NCBI GenBank assembly: GCA_964502605.1
Contig: CAZCXK010000003.1
Span: 19,476-83,475 of the forward strand
DNA from: an uncultured bacterium
Lineage (GTDB): Bacteria; Cyanobacteriota; Cyanobacteriia; CAZCXK01
Direction: 5' to 3'
DNA: 64,000 nt
Shown: one piece after another, positions 9,144-18,657 of the stretch
Position numbering within the stretch: the stretch's first letter is position 1
How the letters are laid out: every line of letters begins with the position of its first letter
Translations under genes and position numbers: made by a program
Notes under the pieces: model-generated
Seen by the model: the letters and a program-made list of their open reading frames with translations, nothing else
Databases searched by the model: none
What the model was told of the DNA's origin: nothing

Positions 9144-10811
9144 CTACGCAAAGCTCCTGGATCGTTTCAAGCGTCGCCGTTTTTTGCTGTGGCGCGCATC
9201 GGCCTCGTCGGCCTCAACGTCTTCTTGCTGATCAAGCGTCGGCAGTCTCAGTACAACCCCCGCGAAAAACCAGTAGTAAACCGCGACGGGGTCAACATCT
9301 AGGGGGTAATAGTAGGTGTTGTAACTAATAAAGAGCACATAAACCCAGAAGGATGCGCCATAGCTGCGGAGAGTCGGATCGCGCACAGACCGATAGGCCT
9401 TAAACGTTTGAATCGTCAACATGGTCACAAGTGCTAAGAAACACAGCACCCCCAATGGCCCAATTTCATAGAGGACTTTGGGATAGTAAGTTTCGATCAG
9501 CGTTGTTTCTCCCAGTGCCCGCGCCGAATTGGTGGCCCGACCTAAGCCATTGCCAAAAATGCCATTTTGCGATCGCGCCACCCACTCAAACTGACCAACG
9601 ATAAACTGCTGGGGTGGTGAGGCCGCCCAGCGAGATTGAAAGCTAGTAATCCGTTCTTGCATTACCTCTGGGTTGCGAGCAGCAGTGATGCTTAGCAAGA
9701 TCGTGAGAACAAATGCAATTGGCACAAAGCGCTTGAGATTGGCAATTTGCCCTGTCAAAATCAGCAGCAGCACAACCGCCACCGGCACCAGCGCCATCGC
9801 AATTCGCTGACCAGAGAGCACCGACATCACAAACACTGATCCCAGAGCTAATAGGCCCATCGTGCGCCATCGCGCCGTTGGGTCATTAAAGGCGCAGGCA
9901 AACGAGAGAAACCCGGCTGAGATTAGAAACCAACCCCATTGCCATGGAGCCACAAACGTTCCTGGCAAACGAATCTGATTATGTTGAGGGCTATAGAGCA
10001 GTGCGCCCCCGACTAGACAGCGTGCGTTGAGCGACGCCCTAAATAGTTCTGCGCCTTGCTCAAACTGAGTGCCTTCACATCGACCTGTTTTCAAAAATAG
10101 ATATTGGGCAAACCCAAGCGCACAGCAAATCAAAATCAACAAAACGGTGAGGCGCATCAAGAAAAATAAATCTCGTTTGCTGCGCAGGAGATAGTAGGCA
10201 CACACAATCAGGGGGACATAGCCAATCAAAACCTTAAAGCCTAAGATTCCTAATAAAATTGGCTGTTCGCCGCCAGCACTCAACTGTTGACTCCCATTGA
10301 CAACAAGCAGCGTAATCATGCAAACCGATAGCAGAGCCATGAGGGGCAGCATCAGTGGCTTACATACGATGATGGGCAGATTTTCTCGGCGACAATATTG
10401 AATGACACCAATCAGCGCCGGAATGTAGAAGCCATCTTTAGCTAGTTGCAATAATGGGCTGTTGCCGATGCTGTAAGTAATCGTGCCGCCAAAGGGCAAA
10501 TAAATCAAAAATGCCCACAATGCATGTCGGGGATAGCGAAACGATAGCGAGGTATAAAGCACGCCTACGGCTGTACCAAGGCCAGCTTTGGGTTCGGCTA
10601 CTAACCCAATCAAAAACCCGATCAAGGCTGAGAAGAAGACGGCAAAGGCTGTAAAGCTGATGATTTCTTTGCGCAGGCGATCGCGCTTTTTCTTTTCAGT
10701 CAATCGCTCTTTCAACGTCAGCGCTGGCTTCTCTGACTTATTCTGTGTTGTTTTGCTTGACTTTTTTGAGCGTAACCGTCGCCCTGAAGAACCTGACCCT
10801 GCGATCGCCAT
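9144..10811 (-). CDS. Polytopic membrane protein, O-antigen ligase/polymerase (Wzy/WaaL-like) family candidate
   Basis: 555 aa with at least 10 predicted transmembrane helices and a Lys-rich cytoplasmic N-tail. It sits at the end of a three-glycosyltransferase block. Assignment is by architecture and context, not by a strict motif. Confidence 0.5.
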   Translation of the reverse strand: MAIAGSGSSGRRLRSKKSSKTTQNKSEKPALTLKERLTEKKKRDRLRKEIISFTAFAVFFSALIGFLIGLVAEPKAGLGTAVGVLYTSLSFRYPRHALWAFLIYLPFGGTITYSIGNSPLLQLAKDGFYIPALIGVIQYCRRENLPIIVCKPLMLPLMALLSVCMITLLVVNGSQQLSAGGEQPILLGILGFKVLIGYVPLIVCAYYLLRSKRDLFFLMRLTVLLILICCALGFAQYLFLKTGRCEGTQFEQGAELFRASLNARCLVGGALLYSPQHNQIRLPGTFVAPWQWGWFLISAGFLSFACAFNDPTARWRTMGLLALGSVFVMSVLSGQRIAMALVPVAVVLLLILTGQIANLKRFVPIAFVLTILLSITAARNPEVMQERITSFQSRWAASPPQQFIVGQFEWVARSQNGIFGNGLGRATNSARALGETTLIETYYPKVLYEIGPLGVLCFLALVTMLTIQTFKAYRSVRDPTLRSYGASFWVYVLFISYNTYYYPLDVDPVAVYYWFFAGVVLRLPTLDQQEDVEADEADARHSKKRRRLKRSRSFA

Positions 10812-11056
10812 GACTTATCACCCAATGTGCCAACAGATTTGATGCGTTCCCGATTGGGGTCGTGTGGTCAGTAGTTTAGACACACCACATCACTCAACAC
10901 ATCCAACACTGTTGAGTCTATGAAATCTCACGTCAATAATTTCCCGCGATTGCAATATCTTTATCGACTCTTTGTAATCGACTTGTTAATTCACATGTCG
11001 CTCAGCGTGTTGATAGACTGATTTGATGCGGCGATCGGTTCCCGTAAGGGTGTGAA

Positions 11057-12340
11057 TTAGAGCATCTCTCGACCGAGATAGGGCTGCAAAGCGTCTGGAA
11101 TGTGCACGGTGCCATCAGCTTGCTGGTAGTTCTCTAGAATGGCCGACATGGTGCGGCCAACGGCTAACCCTGACCCATTGAGCGTGTGAACAAATTGTGT
11201 TCCTCTTTTGCCCGCTGCCTTAAAACGAATGTTGCCTCGACGCGCCTGAAAATCTTGACAGTTTGAGCAACTCGAAATTTCTCGATAGGTTCCAGATGAA
11301 GGCAGCCACACTTCTAAGTCGTAGGTTTTAGTGGCGGCAAAGCCTAAGTCGCCCGTGCACAGCTCAATCACCCGATAGGGTAACTTCAGCGCTTGTAAAA
11401 TGCCTTCAGCATCTTGAGTCAGGCGTTCGTGCTCATCGGCTGACGTATCGGGATGCACGAATTTATACATCTCGACTTTATTAAACTGGTGCAGCCGAAT
11501 CAGCCCCCGTGTGTCGCGGCCATAGCTCCCAGCTTCGCGGCGAAAACAGGGTGTAAATGCACAGTAATGAAGGGGCAAATCATCAGCAGTGAGAATTTCA
11601 TCACGATGGAAGCTCGTCAGTGGCACCTCCGCCGTTGGTGTTAGCCATAAATCATCGCGATCGCACTTAAAGCTTTCATCGGCAAACTTTGGCAGTTGCC
11701 CCGAAGCGGTTAATGACTCAGTGCTGACCAAAAATGGCGGCATGATCTCGGTATATCCAGCGGCCACATGGCGATCGAGCATAAACTGGATTAGCGCCCG
11801 CTCGAGCGCAGCCCCTGCACCCACCAGTGAGACAAAACGGCTTTGGGCAATCCGCGTTGAGCGTTCAAAATTGAGAATACCCAGTTTTTCTCCCAGATCC
11901 CAGTGGGGCAGCAGTGCCGCCGAATCGGCTGGCAGATACTCATCTCCCCAGCGCCGCACCTCAATATTCTCGGTTTCATCGCGGCCAGTGGGCGTCGTCT
12001 GGCCAGGAAGATTGGGCAATGCTAACAGTTTGGCTTCAAGCACCGCCTTCAGGTCTCGTTCTTGAGGTTCTAGCTGACTCAGTTGCGCTTTGATCTGGTT
12101 GCCTTCGGTTTTCAGCGCGGCGATTTCATCACTCTGAGGGCTAACACCTGACTTGATCTTCTGGCCTACGGCTTTGCCAATTTCATTGCTGCGAGCCTGA
12201 AGTTGCGATCGCATTCCTTCTAATTCTCGCTGGCGTTGGTCAAGCTCCAGGATGGGCTGCAACTCGTAGCCGGGGCCCCGCAGGTTGAGGCGGGTTTGCA
12301 TCTCGTCTGGCTGGTCTCGGATCTGCTTGATATCTAGCAC
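11057..12340 (-). CDS. serS: Seryl-tRNA synthetase
   Basis: 427 aa. The N-terminal coiled-coil arm ([22 protein letters not shown]...) and class-II core motifs ([30 protein letters not shown]) are typical SerRS. Confidence 0.9.
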   Translation of the reverse strand: MLDIKQIRDQPDEMQTRLNLRGPGYELQPILELDQRQRELEGMRSQLQARSNEIGKAVGQKIKSGVSPQSDEIAALKTEGNQIKAQLSQLEPQERDLKAVLEAKLLALPNLPGQTTPTGRDETENIEVRRWGDEYLPADSAALLPHWDLGEKLGILNFERSTRIAQSRFVSLVGAGAALERALIQFMLDRHVAAGYTEIMPPFLVSTESLTASGQLPKFADESFKCDRDDLWLTPTAEVPLTSFHRDEILTADDLPLHYCAFTPCFRREAGSYGRDTRGLIRLHQFNKVEMYKFVHPDTSADEHERLTQDAEGILQALKLPYRVIELCTGDLGFAATKTYDLEVWLPSSGTYREISSCSNCQDFQARRGNIRFKAAGKRGTQFVHTLNGSGLAVGRTMSAILENYQQADGTVHIPDALQPYLGREML

Positions 12341-12623
12341 GAGGGTTCTCTAATTGGCGATCGCTTACTCAATGTTTACAACACTATAATGCCGTCAGGC
12401 AACAAGTGGGAGCCCTGTACATCTTTGCTTTTCAGTGCAGATGTTTGCAGCGTAGATTCTGTTTATGGGAGGATGCCCATAAGCTGTGACGAAGACTGGG
12501 CAGTACTGTACTGCTGCTACCGGCGTTGTCTTTTTCGGTGACCATCTCCTGGCTCTACCTCAAACGCAACAGCACATTGGAAATGGGCTTCGTGCTCACG
12601 ACTCGTCCGCTGCTCTGAGTAGG

Positions 12624-13943
12624 CTACCCGCCCGTCAGCAAACGGGTTTGCCTCAACAGAAATTGTAAAAACGTTTCTTCTCGCGAGATGATGTTTGCCT
12701 CCGCCTGCATACCAGCCTGCAACTGACATGGCCGCCTGTTGCGGGGTGTCGTTTGGATCAGGGTAATAGCGTCAGGTTGCAGCGTCACTTCAAAGTAGCT
12801 GGCGAGACTCTCCGGGCGATCGCCCCCCACCTCTGATCGACTCACATCAGGGGCGATCGCGGAGACCGTTGCAGCTAACGTGCCATAGTCAGGAAACGGG
12901 CAGGCTTCGATGCGGAGCTGCGACAATTGTCCCACCTGCACCCGATCAATGTCTTGGGTGTCAACTCGGGCCTTAATCACTAAATTTTGGGTGTTGGGGG
13001 CAATTTGGGCCACCACGTCCCCTGCCTGCACCACTTGATTGGGATTGCGCAAATTGAGTTGAAACACCGTGCCCTCAGTCGCAGCTCGAATGATAGTCTT
13101 CACCAAATCGGCGTCTACTTGCTGCAAGTCTTGCTGGGCCTGCAGCAACTGGGCCTGCAGCTCAGCTTGATTTTGCAACAGCAGTTCTTGTTCGCGCTGC
13201 AAGGTCGCTAGGGTGGCCCGACCTCGCGACTCTTCATGCAAAATTTGCTGTTGGGCGATCGCCACTCCCGCATCAATTGGGTTTAACGCCGCCCGTGCCC
13301 GCCGCACCTGAGCCATTGCCGTTTGGACTGCTGCCCGCTTTTCGTCGAGTTGCAGTTGAGAAACCGCCCCTGAATCAACTAACTGCTGATATCGCTGCAC
13401 TTCAACAGTGGCCAGATCCAATGCAGCCTGTGCTTCTGCGAGGTCGGCCTCAGTGGTCGCCTGCTGTTCACTCAACTCGCGCTGATTGCGATCGAGTTCT
13501 GACTGAGCCGTTGCGACAGTTTGGGCGATCGCCCTGGATTCTGACGCCATCTGCGCCCGCATCAGCTGGATTTGAGTTTCCACCTGGGCTCGTTGAATCT
13601 GTAGTTGCTGAACACCGCCCTGCAACTGCTGCTGTTGTGAGTTGAGTTGGGTGGGGTCGAGGCGGGCGATCACATCTCCCTGCTGCACAGTTTGATTAGG
13701 CTGTATGTCAATACTGGCAACAGTTCCCGTTAGTGCAGACTGCACCACGCGCAGCTCTCCGGCTGGGCGAACAGTCGCAGGGGCTCTGACAGCAACGTTG
13801 TAGGTCACGATCGAGGCTAGCCCCACAGCCAACCCCACGGCACCGATGAGCAATCCCCCTCCGACAATTATCCAGCGGCTAACCGGGGGAAGAAACTCGT
13901 CAACTTGAAGCGATCGCAAGGGTGAAGGTTTGGGATTGAACAT
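12624..13943 (-). CDS. HlyD-family membrane-fusion/periplasmic adaptor protein of a type I (bacteriocin-type) export system
   Basis: ATG at 13943 (MFNPKPSPLRSL...) precedes one N-terminal transmembrane helix (WIIVGGGLLIGAVGLAVGLASIV). A very long Q/A-rich coiled-coil follows, then a C-terminal beta domain. It lies directly downstream of the C39-ABC transporter. The six-frame ORF extends to 14111 and would overlap the transporter gene. Confidence 0.8.
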   Translation of the reverse strand: MFNPKPSPLRSLQVDEFLPPVSRWIIVGGGLLIGAVGLAVGLASIVTYNVAVRAPATVRPAGELRVVQSALTGTVASIDIQPNQTVQQGDVIARLDPTQLNSQQQQLQGGVQQLQIQRAQVETQIQLMRAQMASESRAIAQTVATAQSELDRNQRELSEQQATTEADLAEAQAALDLATVEVQRYQQLVDSGAVSQLQLDEKRAAVQTAMAQVRRARAALNPIDAGVAIAQQQILHEESRGRATLATLQREQELLLQNQAELQAQLLQAQQDLQQVDADLVKTIIRAATEGTVFQLNLRNPNQVVQAGDVVAQIAPNTQNLVIKARVDTQDIDRVQVGQLSQLRIEACPFPDYGTLAATVSAIAPDVSRSEVGGDRPESLASYFEVTLQPDAITLIQTTPRNRRPCQLQAGMQAEANIISREETFLQFLLRQTRLLTGG

Positions 13944-14011
13944 GGGATGAAGCCAGGTAAAGTGGCGCGAAACAGGTGAGAAAGAAAGGGAAAGGGCGAG
14001 AGGGAGACGTT

Positions 14012-16153
14012 TTATACCATCAGAAACTCTAAGTGATCGCCCATGTGTTCCCGTAGTTGATCGGGTGTGCCTTGCCGTTGCAGTTTGCCATTGTCTAGAA
14101 AGACAATCCAATCTGCTAGCTTAATCACGTTGGGACGATGGCTGATCAAAATAGTGGTTTTGCCCTGGCGATATGCCAACACACTTTTTAGGACATGTGC
14201 TTCACTGACGGGGTCTAATCCAGCGGTCGATTCGTCTAGCAGCAGCACAGGTGGATGGTTGATCATGGCACGGGCGATCGCCAACCGCTGCTTTTGACCT
14301 CCTGATAGATTCGAGCCAAACTCTCCCAAAATAGTTTGATACTTTTCGGGCAACCGCCCGATAAACTCATCGGCTCCCGTCATTTCACAGGCTGCAACTA
14401 GATCCTCAAAGGTGAGATGCGGATTGCCCAACCGAAAGTTTTCAATGATAGATCGGCTCCAGAAGTGGGCGTCTTGTGGCACCAAAACAACCTGTTGTCG
14501 AATGCACTCTAGAGCCAGATCATCTAAGTTGTAGTGCCCCATACGAATGTTGCCCGACTGCAACGCATAGAGTCCGGCAATGACCTTGGCCAGAGTGCTT
14601 TTACCACAGCCCGACTTGCCAATCAATGCCGTCACCCGCCCCGCCGGAATGGTCAGCGAGAAGTCGTTCAGCAAATCTACCCGCCCTGGATAATGAAAGC
14701 GCAGATCAGTACAAACAATATTTGCCACCTGAATTTCTACCCAGGGCTTTTGGGAGTCATGCTGGGTTTCAGGGGTGGCTTTGATCACCTCATCCAGCCG
14801 GGTGCTGGCCGTTTGCACGCGAATCCAATCATCGACCACACCCACAAGTTCATCAATCAGCGCGGTAATATTGCGGTTGAGTGTCGTGAAGGCCAGCAAC
14901 TGCCCGATGCTGAGTTCTTGATTAATCACCAATAAGCCACCCAGCCCTAAAATCGCGGCACTGCCAATATCTGCAACGATTTCACTAAACGTGCTATTAA
15001 AAATGCTGATGCGCGTCGTGCTCAGCATCAAGTTGGCCAGCCGCCCAAAGCGGCTTTGCATCTCATCCCAAAACTGATGCTCGGCGGCAGTTGTTTTCAG
15101 CGTCAGTGCGCCCTTGAAGGTTTCTACTAAGACGCCCTGTGTCTCGGTTTCCAACACCATCTCACTGCGGGTTTTCTGTCGCAAGATGGGCTGAAACACG
15201 ATAGTTGAAAGAGTCATTAAGACGGCCACAACCAGCGCCACTGCGGTCAGTTTCCAACTATAAAACAGCATCAGCCCCAGTGAAACTAGAGCAATCAACA
15301 CCGTGCTGGGCAGATTAATGATCACGCCTGAAACTAGCCGATTAATTTCTTCAATATCGCGCAGGCGGCTGACCACTTCTCCACTGCGGCGTGTTTCATA
15401 ATAAGTGAGGGGCAGGCGCAAAATCTGCTGACCAAACTCCAACACAAAACCCAGTTCCAGTCGTTGAGCAAAGTGAGCAATCAGATTGTCGGCCACCAAG
15501 CCTAAGCCACTTCTCACCAGATACATCAGCACAACCGCCAGCACAATGCCCAGCAGCAGGCGCGTGTCGCCGCGAATCAACACATCATCCGTCAAGATTT
15601 GGATAAAGAAAGGGGACGCCAGTGACAGTAAGCCAATCAGCGTGACACATAGCAACGATTCTAGTAAGATGCTGCGATAAGGTAGCAGTCGCCAGAGAAA
15701 CTGCCCCACACCGGTTATCGGGTCATCAGACTGGTGATAAAAGCGGCTAGGGTCTGGCTCAACCAGCAAAATCACGCCATCATGCCAGTCTTCTCTCAGC
15801 TCGGCTTCAGAGAGATAGCGCACACCCACGGCAGGGTCGGCAATCACATAGGTTTTTCCCCGCTTGCCATATAAAATTACCCAATGTTTGCCCCGCCAGT
15901 GAATCACAGCAGGCAGCGCGATGTCATGGAGGCGATCGAGAATTTCAGGAGAGGCGATCGCCGATCGGGCAAAAAATCCTAAGGCTTCACTGCCGCGCCG
16001 CAAGCCCAGCAGTGTCGTACCCAACTGTCCTGTTCCCACGGCTTCACGGGCGCGGCTGAGGCTAAATGTGCGCCCATAGTGTTTGGCAATGGAGGCCAAG
16101 CACGCGGCTCCACAGTCTTCTTCGCTGTGCTGCAAAACCAAGGGATAACGCAT
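14012..16153 (-). CDS. Peptidase-C39-containing ABC transporter (PCAT; bacteriocin/RiPP processing and export ATPase-permease)
   Basis: N-terminal C39 domain with the catalytic Cys in EEDCGAACLASIAKHYG and His in GKHWVILYG. Six transmembrane helices follow. The C-terminal ABC ATPase has Walker A GKSGCGKST, signature LSGGQKQRLAIARA and Walker B LLLDE. Confidence 0.85.
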   Translation of the reverse strand: MRYPLVLQHSEEDCGAACLASIAKHYGRTFSLSRAREAVGTGQLGTTLLGLRRGSEALGFFARSAIASPEILDRLHDIALPAVIHWRGKHWVILYGKRGKTYVIADPAVGVRYLSEAELREDWHDGVILLVEPDPSRFYHQSDDPITGVGQFLWRLLPYRSILLESLLCVTLIGLLSLASPFFIQILTDDVLIRGDTRLLLGIVLAVVLMYLVRSGLGLVADNLIAHFAQRLELGFVLEFGQQILRLPLTYYETRRSGEVVSRLRDIEEINRLVSGVIINLPSTVLIALVSLGLMLFYSWKLTAVALVVAVLMTLSTIVFQPILRQKTRSEMVLETETQGVLVETFKGALTLKTTAAEHQFWDEMQSRFGRLANLMLSTTRISIFNSTFSEIVADIGSAAILGLGGLLVINQELSIGQLLAFTTLNRNITALIDELVGVVDDWIRVQTASTRLDEVIKATPETQHDSQKPWVEIQVANIVCTDLRFHYPGRVDLLNDFSLTIPAGRVTALIGKSGCGKSTLAKVIAGLYALQSGNIRMGHYNLDDLALECIRQQVVLVPQDAHFWSRSIIENFRLGNPHLTFEDLVAACEMTGADEFIGRLPEKYQTILGEFGSNLSGGQKQRLAIARAMINHPPVLLLDESTAGLDPVSEAHVLKSVLAYRQGKTTILISHRPNVIKLADWIVFLDNGKLQRQGTPDQLREHMGDHLEFLMV

Positions 16154-16173
16154 GGAATATGGAGAACCGAGAA

Positions 16174-17250
16174 CTAGATGAATTCATTGAGAACCGAATA
16201 GCGATCGCCCGAATCTGGGTTGAGATAGGGCTGAGCGAGATCAATCTGATGGTGCTCAAACTGCTGCATGATGCAGTGTAGGCGATGGGCTGGTGTTTCA
16301 TCCCCTAGGGCTCTAGCAACTAAGAGCCCTTGAGCAACTAGCTGGCAGCGCTGTAAGCCAAAGTCAAGCGTGTCGTCATCGTCGGGGTCTTCTGCTAAGC
16401 CGATACCAGGTGCTAGCGGTTTCATAAACAGAGGAATAGCGGCATCAAGGTGCGATCGCCCCTGGTGATAAAACTGCTGCAATGGCACATAAATATCTGC
16501 ATAGCGATCGCGTTCGATCTGCAAAATAACTGCATCGTAGCGCCCATACTCTGCCGGATCATAAAGCGCTTTTAAGCTAAACGGCAGATCAGCGGCATTT
16601 AAGGCGGCGGGAATGTGCTGCATCAGGGCGATCGCCCCCACAGCACTTAGATTGAAGCAAATCTCAAGGCTGCTAGCCTCTTCGGGCACGAGTCCGGCAT
16701 TGCCCACGGCCACATAAAACCCCGCCTCTAGCCGGTTTTTTGGTAAGCGAATGGCCACCCGCTCACCCACATGGGCGGTCTGTTGAGCAGGATGGAGGTG
16801 GCGATCGCGCTCAATATGCACCGTCAGGTCTTCTTTTTGCACCGCCAAACTGCCGTCAGACTCTTGCCGCACAATGCTCCAGTCTGGATCAAAATATCCC
16901 TGCCCCGGATTGGCCTCATGCAATTGGGCATAAAAGTCGCGATTGACGCCTCGCAGCAGCTCATTCTTGAGCGGCGGCACTGGAGCAGCATCGGCCTCTA
17001 GCTCTAGCTCATGGCTGAAGTAAATGTCGTAAAGATAATCCCGTAGCTTTTGCTGCTGCAAGCGCTGCTGAAACGGAGTCGGCAGTTGCCGATAACAGGC
17101 AAGGACAGTCTCCGGCAGGTCTAAGGGCGGATAGGAAGCCTGCCAGATCTGAAAATCGGCGGCAATTTGAAGATGGGTGGCAATCTCAGTCAACGTTGCC
17201 ATCGTGGGAGTGGGAGTTAACACAGCAGGGGGCGAGGAGAAAGGCATCAT
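16174..17250 (-). CDS. Hypothetical 358-aa protein co-operonic with the kinase-like gene; candidate peptide-modification partner (possibly HopA1-like lyase-type), function unverified
   Basis: No motif I can name with certainty. It is tightly packed between the kinase-like gene (57-nt gap) and the PCAT gene (20-nt gap). It is soluble and acidic, with a DPDDDD patch. Confidence 0.35.
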   Translation of the reverse strand: MMPFSSPPAVLTPTPTMATLTEIATHLQIAADFQIWQASYPPLDLPETVLACYRQLPTPFQQRLQQQKLRDYLYDIYFSHELELEADAAPVPPLKNELLRGVNRDFYAQLHEANPGQGYFDPDWSIVRQESDGSLAVQKEDLTVHIERDRHLHPAQQTAHVGERVAIRLPKNRLEAGFYVAVGNAGLVPEEASSLEICFNLSAVGAIALMQHIPAALNAADLPFSLKALYDPAEYGRYDAVILQIERDRYADIYVPLQQFYHQGRSHLDAAIPLFMKPLAPGIGLAEDPDDDDTLDFGLQRCQLVAQGLLVARALGDETPAHRLHCIMQQFEHHQIDLAQPYLNPDSGDRYSVLNEFI

Positions 17251-17307
17251 AAGACAGCAAGAACCATAAGACTATCAGAACTGGAGCGGGCGATCGCCCC
17301 TGACGGA

Positions 17308-18492
17308 TCAAACTGGGAGCAACGGAGAAACCAGTTCAGACGCAGAGAGGCCCAACACTGCTGGAATTGATGGCTCTGGTGTAGACAACAAGGTTTTTGC
17401 AACTTGCAGCAAACAAATGCCTCGGTTGCCAAAAGGTTCTAGATAATAGAGCCGGGCTCGAATCGACTCTATCAATGCTAGCCCCGCAAACTGCATTATC
17501 CGCGTTAGCACATCGGGGCGGGCATTGACCAACGCCGGAAACTGCGTGAAATATGCGCGCAAAAATGCAATCATCGACGACTGGAGTGTTTCGAGTGGTG
17601 TGGTGGCAGACCGCAGAGACGTTTGCATATCGAGATCAGGGCTTACTACTAAACTCTTGAGCCAAATTTTGAGAAAATCTGCAATAATCATGCCGACATC
17701 ACTAGCCGGATCGCCCCAAATCCATTTTTCCCAGTCAATGAAGCGAATCGCAGGCTGGGGTACCCCAGCCTGTAAGTGAGACGACAGACCATCCCAATCG
17801 GTGTGCAACAGAATGTTGGTAAACTTCAAATCATTGTGGGTCAGACAGCAGGGAGTAAACGCTTTATTTAGAGCGGCGATCGCCCCTCCTAAGCTGTCAT
17901 AGCGCTGATACAGTTCATAAAATTTCAGCCCATCAGTAGCCACATTGCCAAAGATTTCAGGCGTAATTCTAGCCAGCCCATGACTCAAATCGGGAGGCTG
18001 ATCGAGTGGGTCATCGTCAAGCTTGCTCAGCGTTGTCTGAAACGTGCCGTGGTGAAACGTGGCCCTATGAACGGTTGCTAAGGCAGTACCTAAGGCCTTA
18101 GCAACCGCATCTGGAAATATCTGGTTGTGTTCATAAAACTGGTCTAGGTCACTATAGTTGTTGAGATAGTGAAACACCAAAATGGCATTTTCCGCATCCG
18201 CATCAATTGCAACTGAAAGCAGGGATTGCAGCTTGGCCAAATCAACATGCGATCGCATCCCTCGATAAAGCTGCCATTCATGCTCCAAATCTCGACGGGT
18301 GTTGCCCGCTTGATCATGGGGCTCTTGCTTGACTAGAAGAGAGCGATCGCCCGCTAAATGGACGAGTAAATTGAAGTTCTTAAAGATTTTAGGCTCAATG
18401 GTCGCACCCCGAAGGTCTGCGTTCGTGCAAAGATTTCGAGTGATTAAATACTCTAAAACAGTATCAGTTCCAAGAATTAAAGGCATTTTCAC
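17308..18492 (-). CDS. Protein-kinase-fold phosphotransferase (APH / CotS / choline-kinase-like family)
   Basis: An N-terminal lobe with a conserved Lys context (LLVKQE) is followed by the catalytic-loop motif HNDLKFTNILLH (compare HGDLhpgNil) and the downstream IDWEKW (compare IDWE), as in aminoglycoside-phosphotransferase-type kinases. Confidence 0.65.
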   Translation of the reverse strand: MKMPLILGTDTVLEYLITRNLCTNADLRGATIEPKIFKNFNLLVHLAGDRSLLVKQEPHDQAGNTRRDLEHEWQLYRGMRSHVDLAKLQSLLSVAIDADAENAILVFHYLNNYSDLDQFYEHNQIFPDAVAKALGTALATVHRATFHHGTFQTTLSKLDDDPLDQPPDLSHGLARITPEIFGNVATDGLKFYELYQRYDSLGGAIAALNKAFTPCCLTHNDLKFTNILLHTDWDGLSSHLQAGVPQPAIRFIDWEKWIWGDPASDVGMIIADFLKIWLKSLVVSPDLDMQTSLRSATTPLETLQSSMIAFLRAYFTQFPALVNARPDVLTRIMQFAGLALIESIRARLYYLEPFGNRGICLLQVAKTLLSTPEPSIPAVLGLSASELVSPLLPV

Positions 18493-18657
18493 TCCAGTCG
18501 CCGTAACACCCAGATATCATTTAATACTAGATTGGTTCCGTTTTTTTACATAAAAAAGCAAGGTCTTGATCATAGCTTTTTACCGCGTGATCAGCCCTGC
18601 TTTATGATTAAACTAGCACTTAACACGCCCTCAATTGATCATCGAGAAATGCCTGAC

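Noticed and set aside
12636-12651. Short hairpin (cccgtcagcaaacggg) near the end of the HlyD gene as a terminator
   Set aside because: It lies inside the HlyD coding sequence on the opposite-sense reading and lacks a U-tract in the right orientation for the operon.
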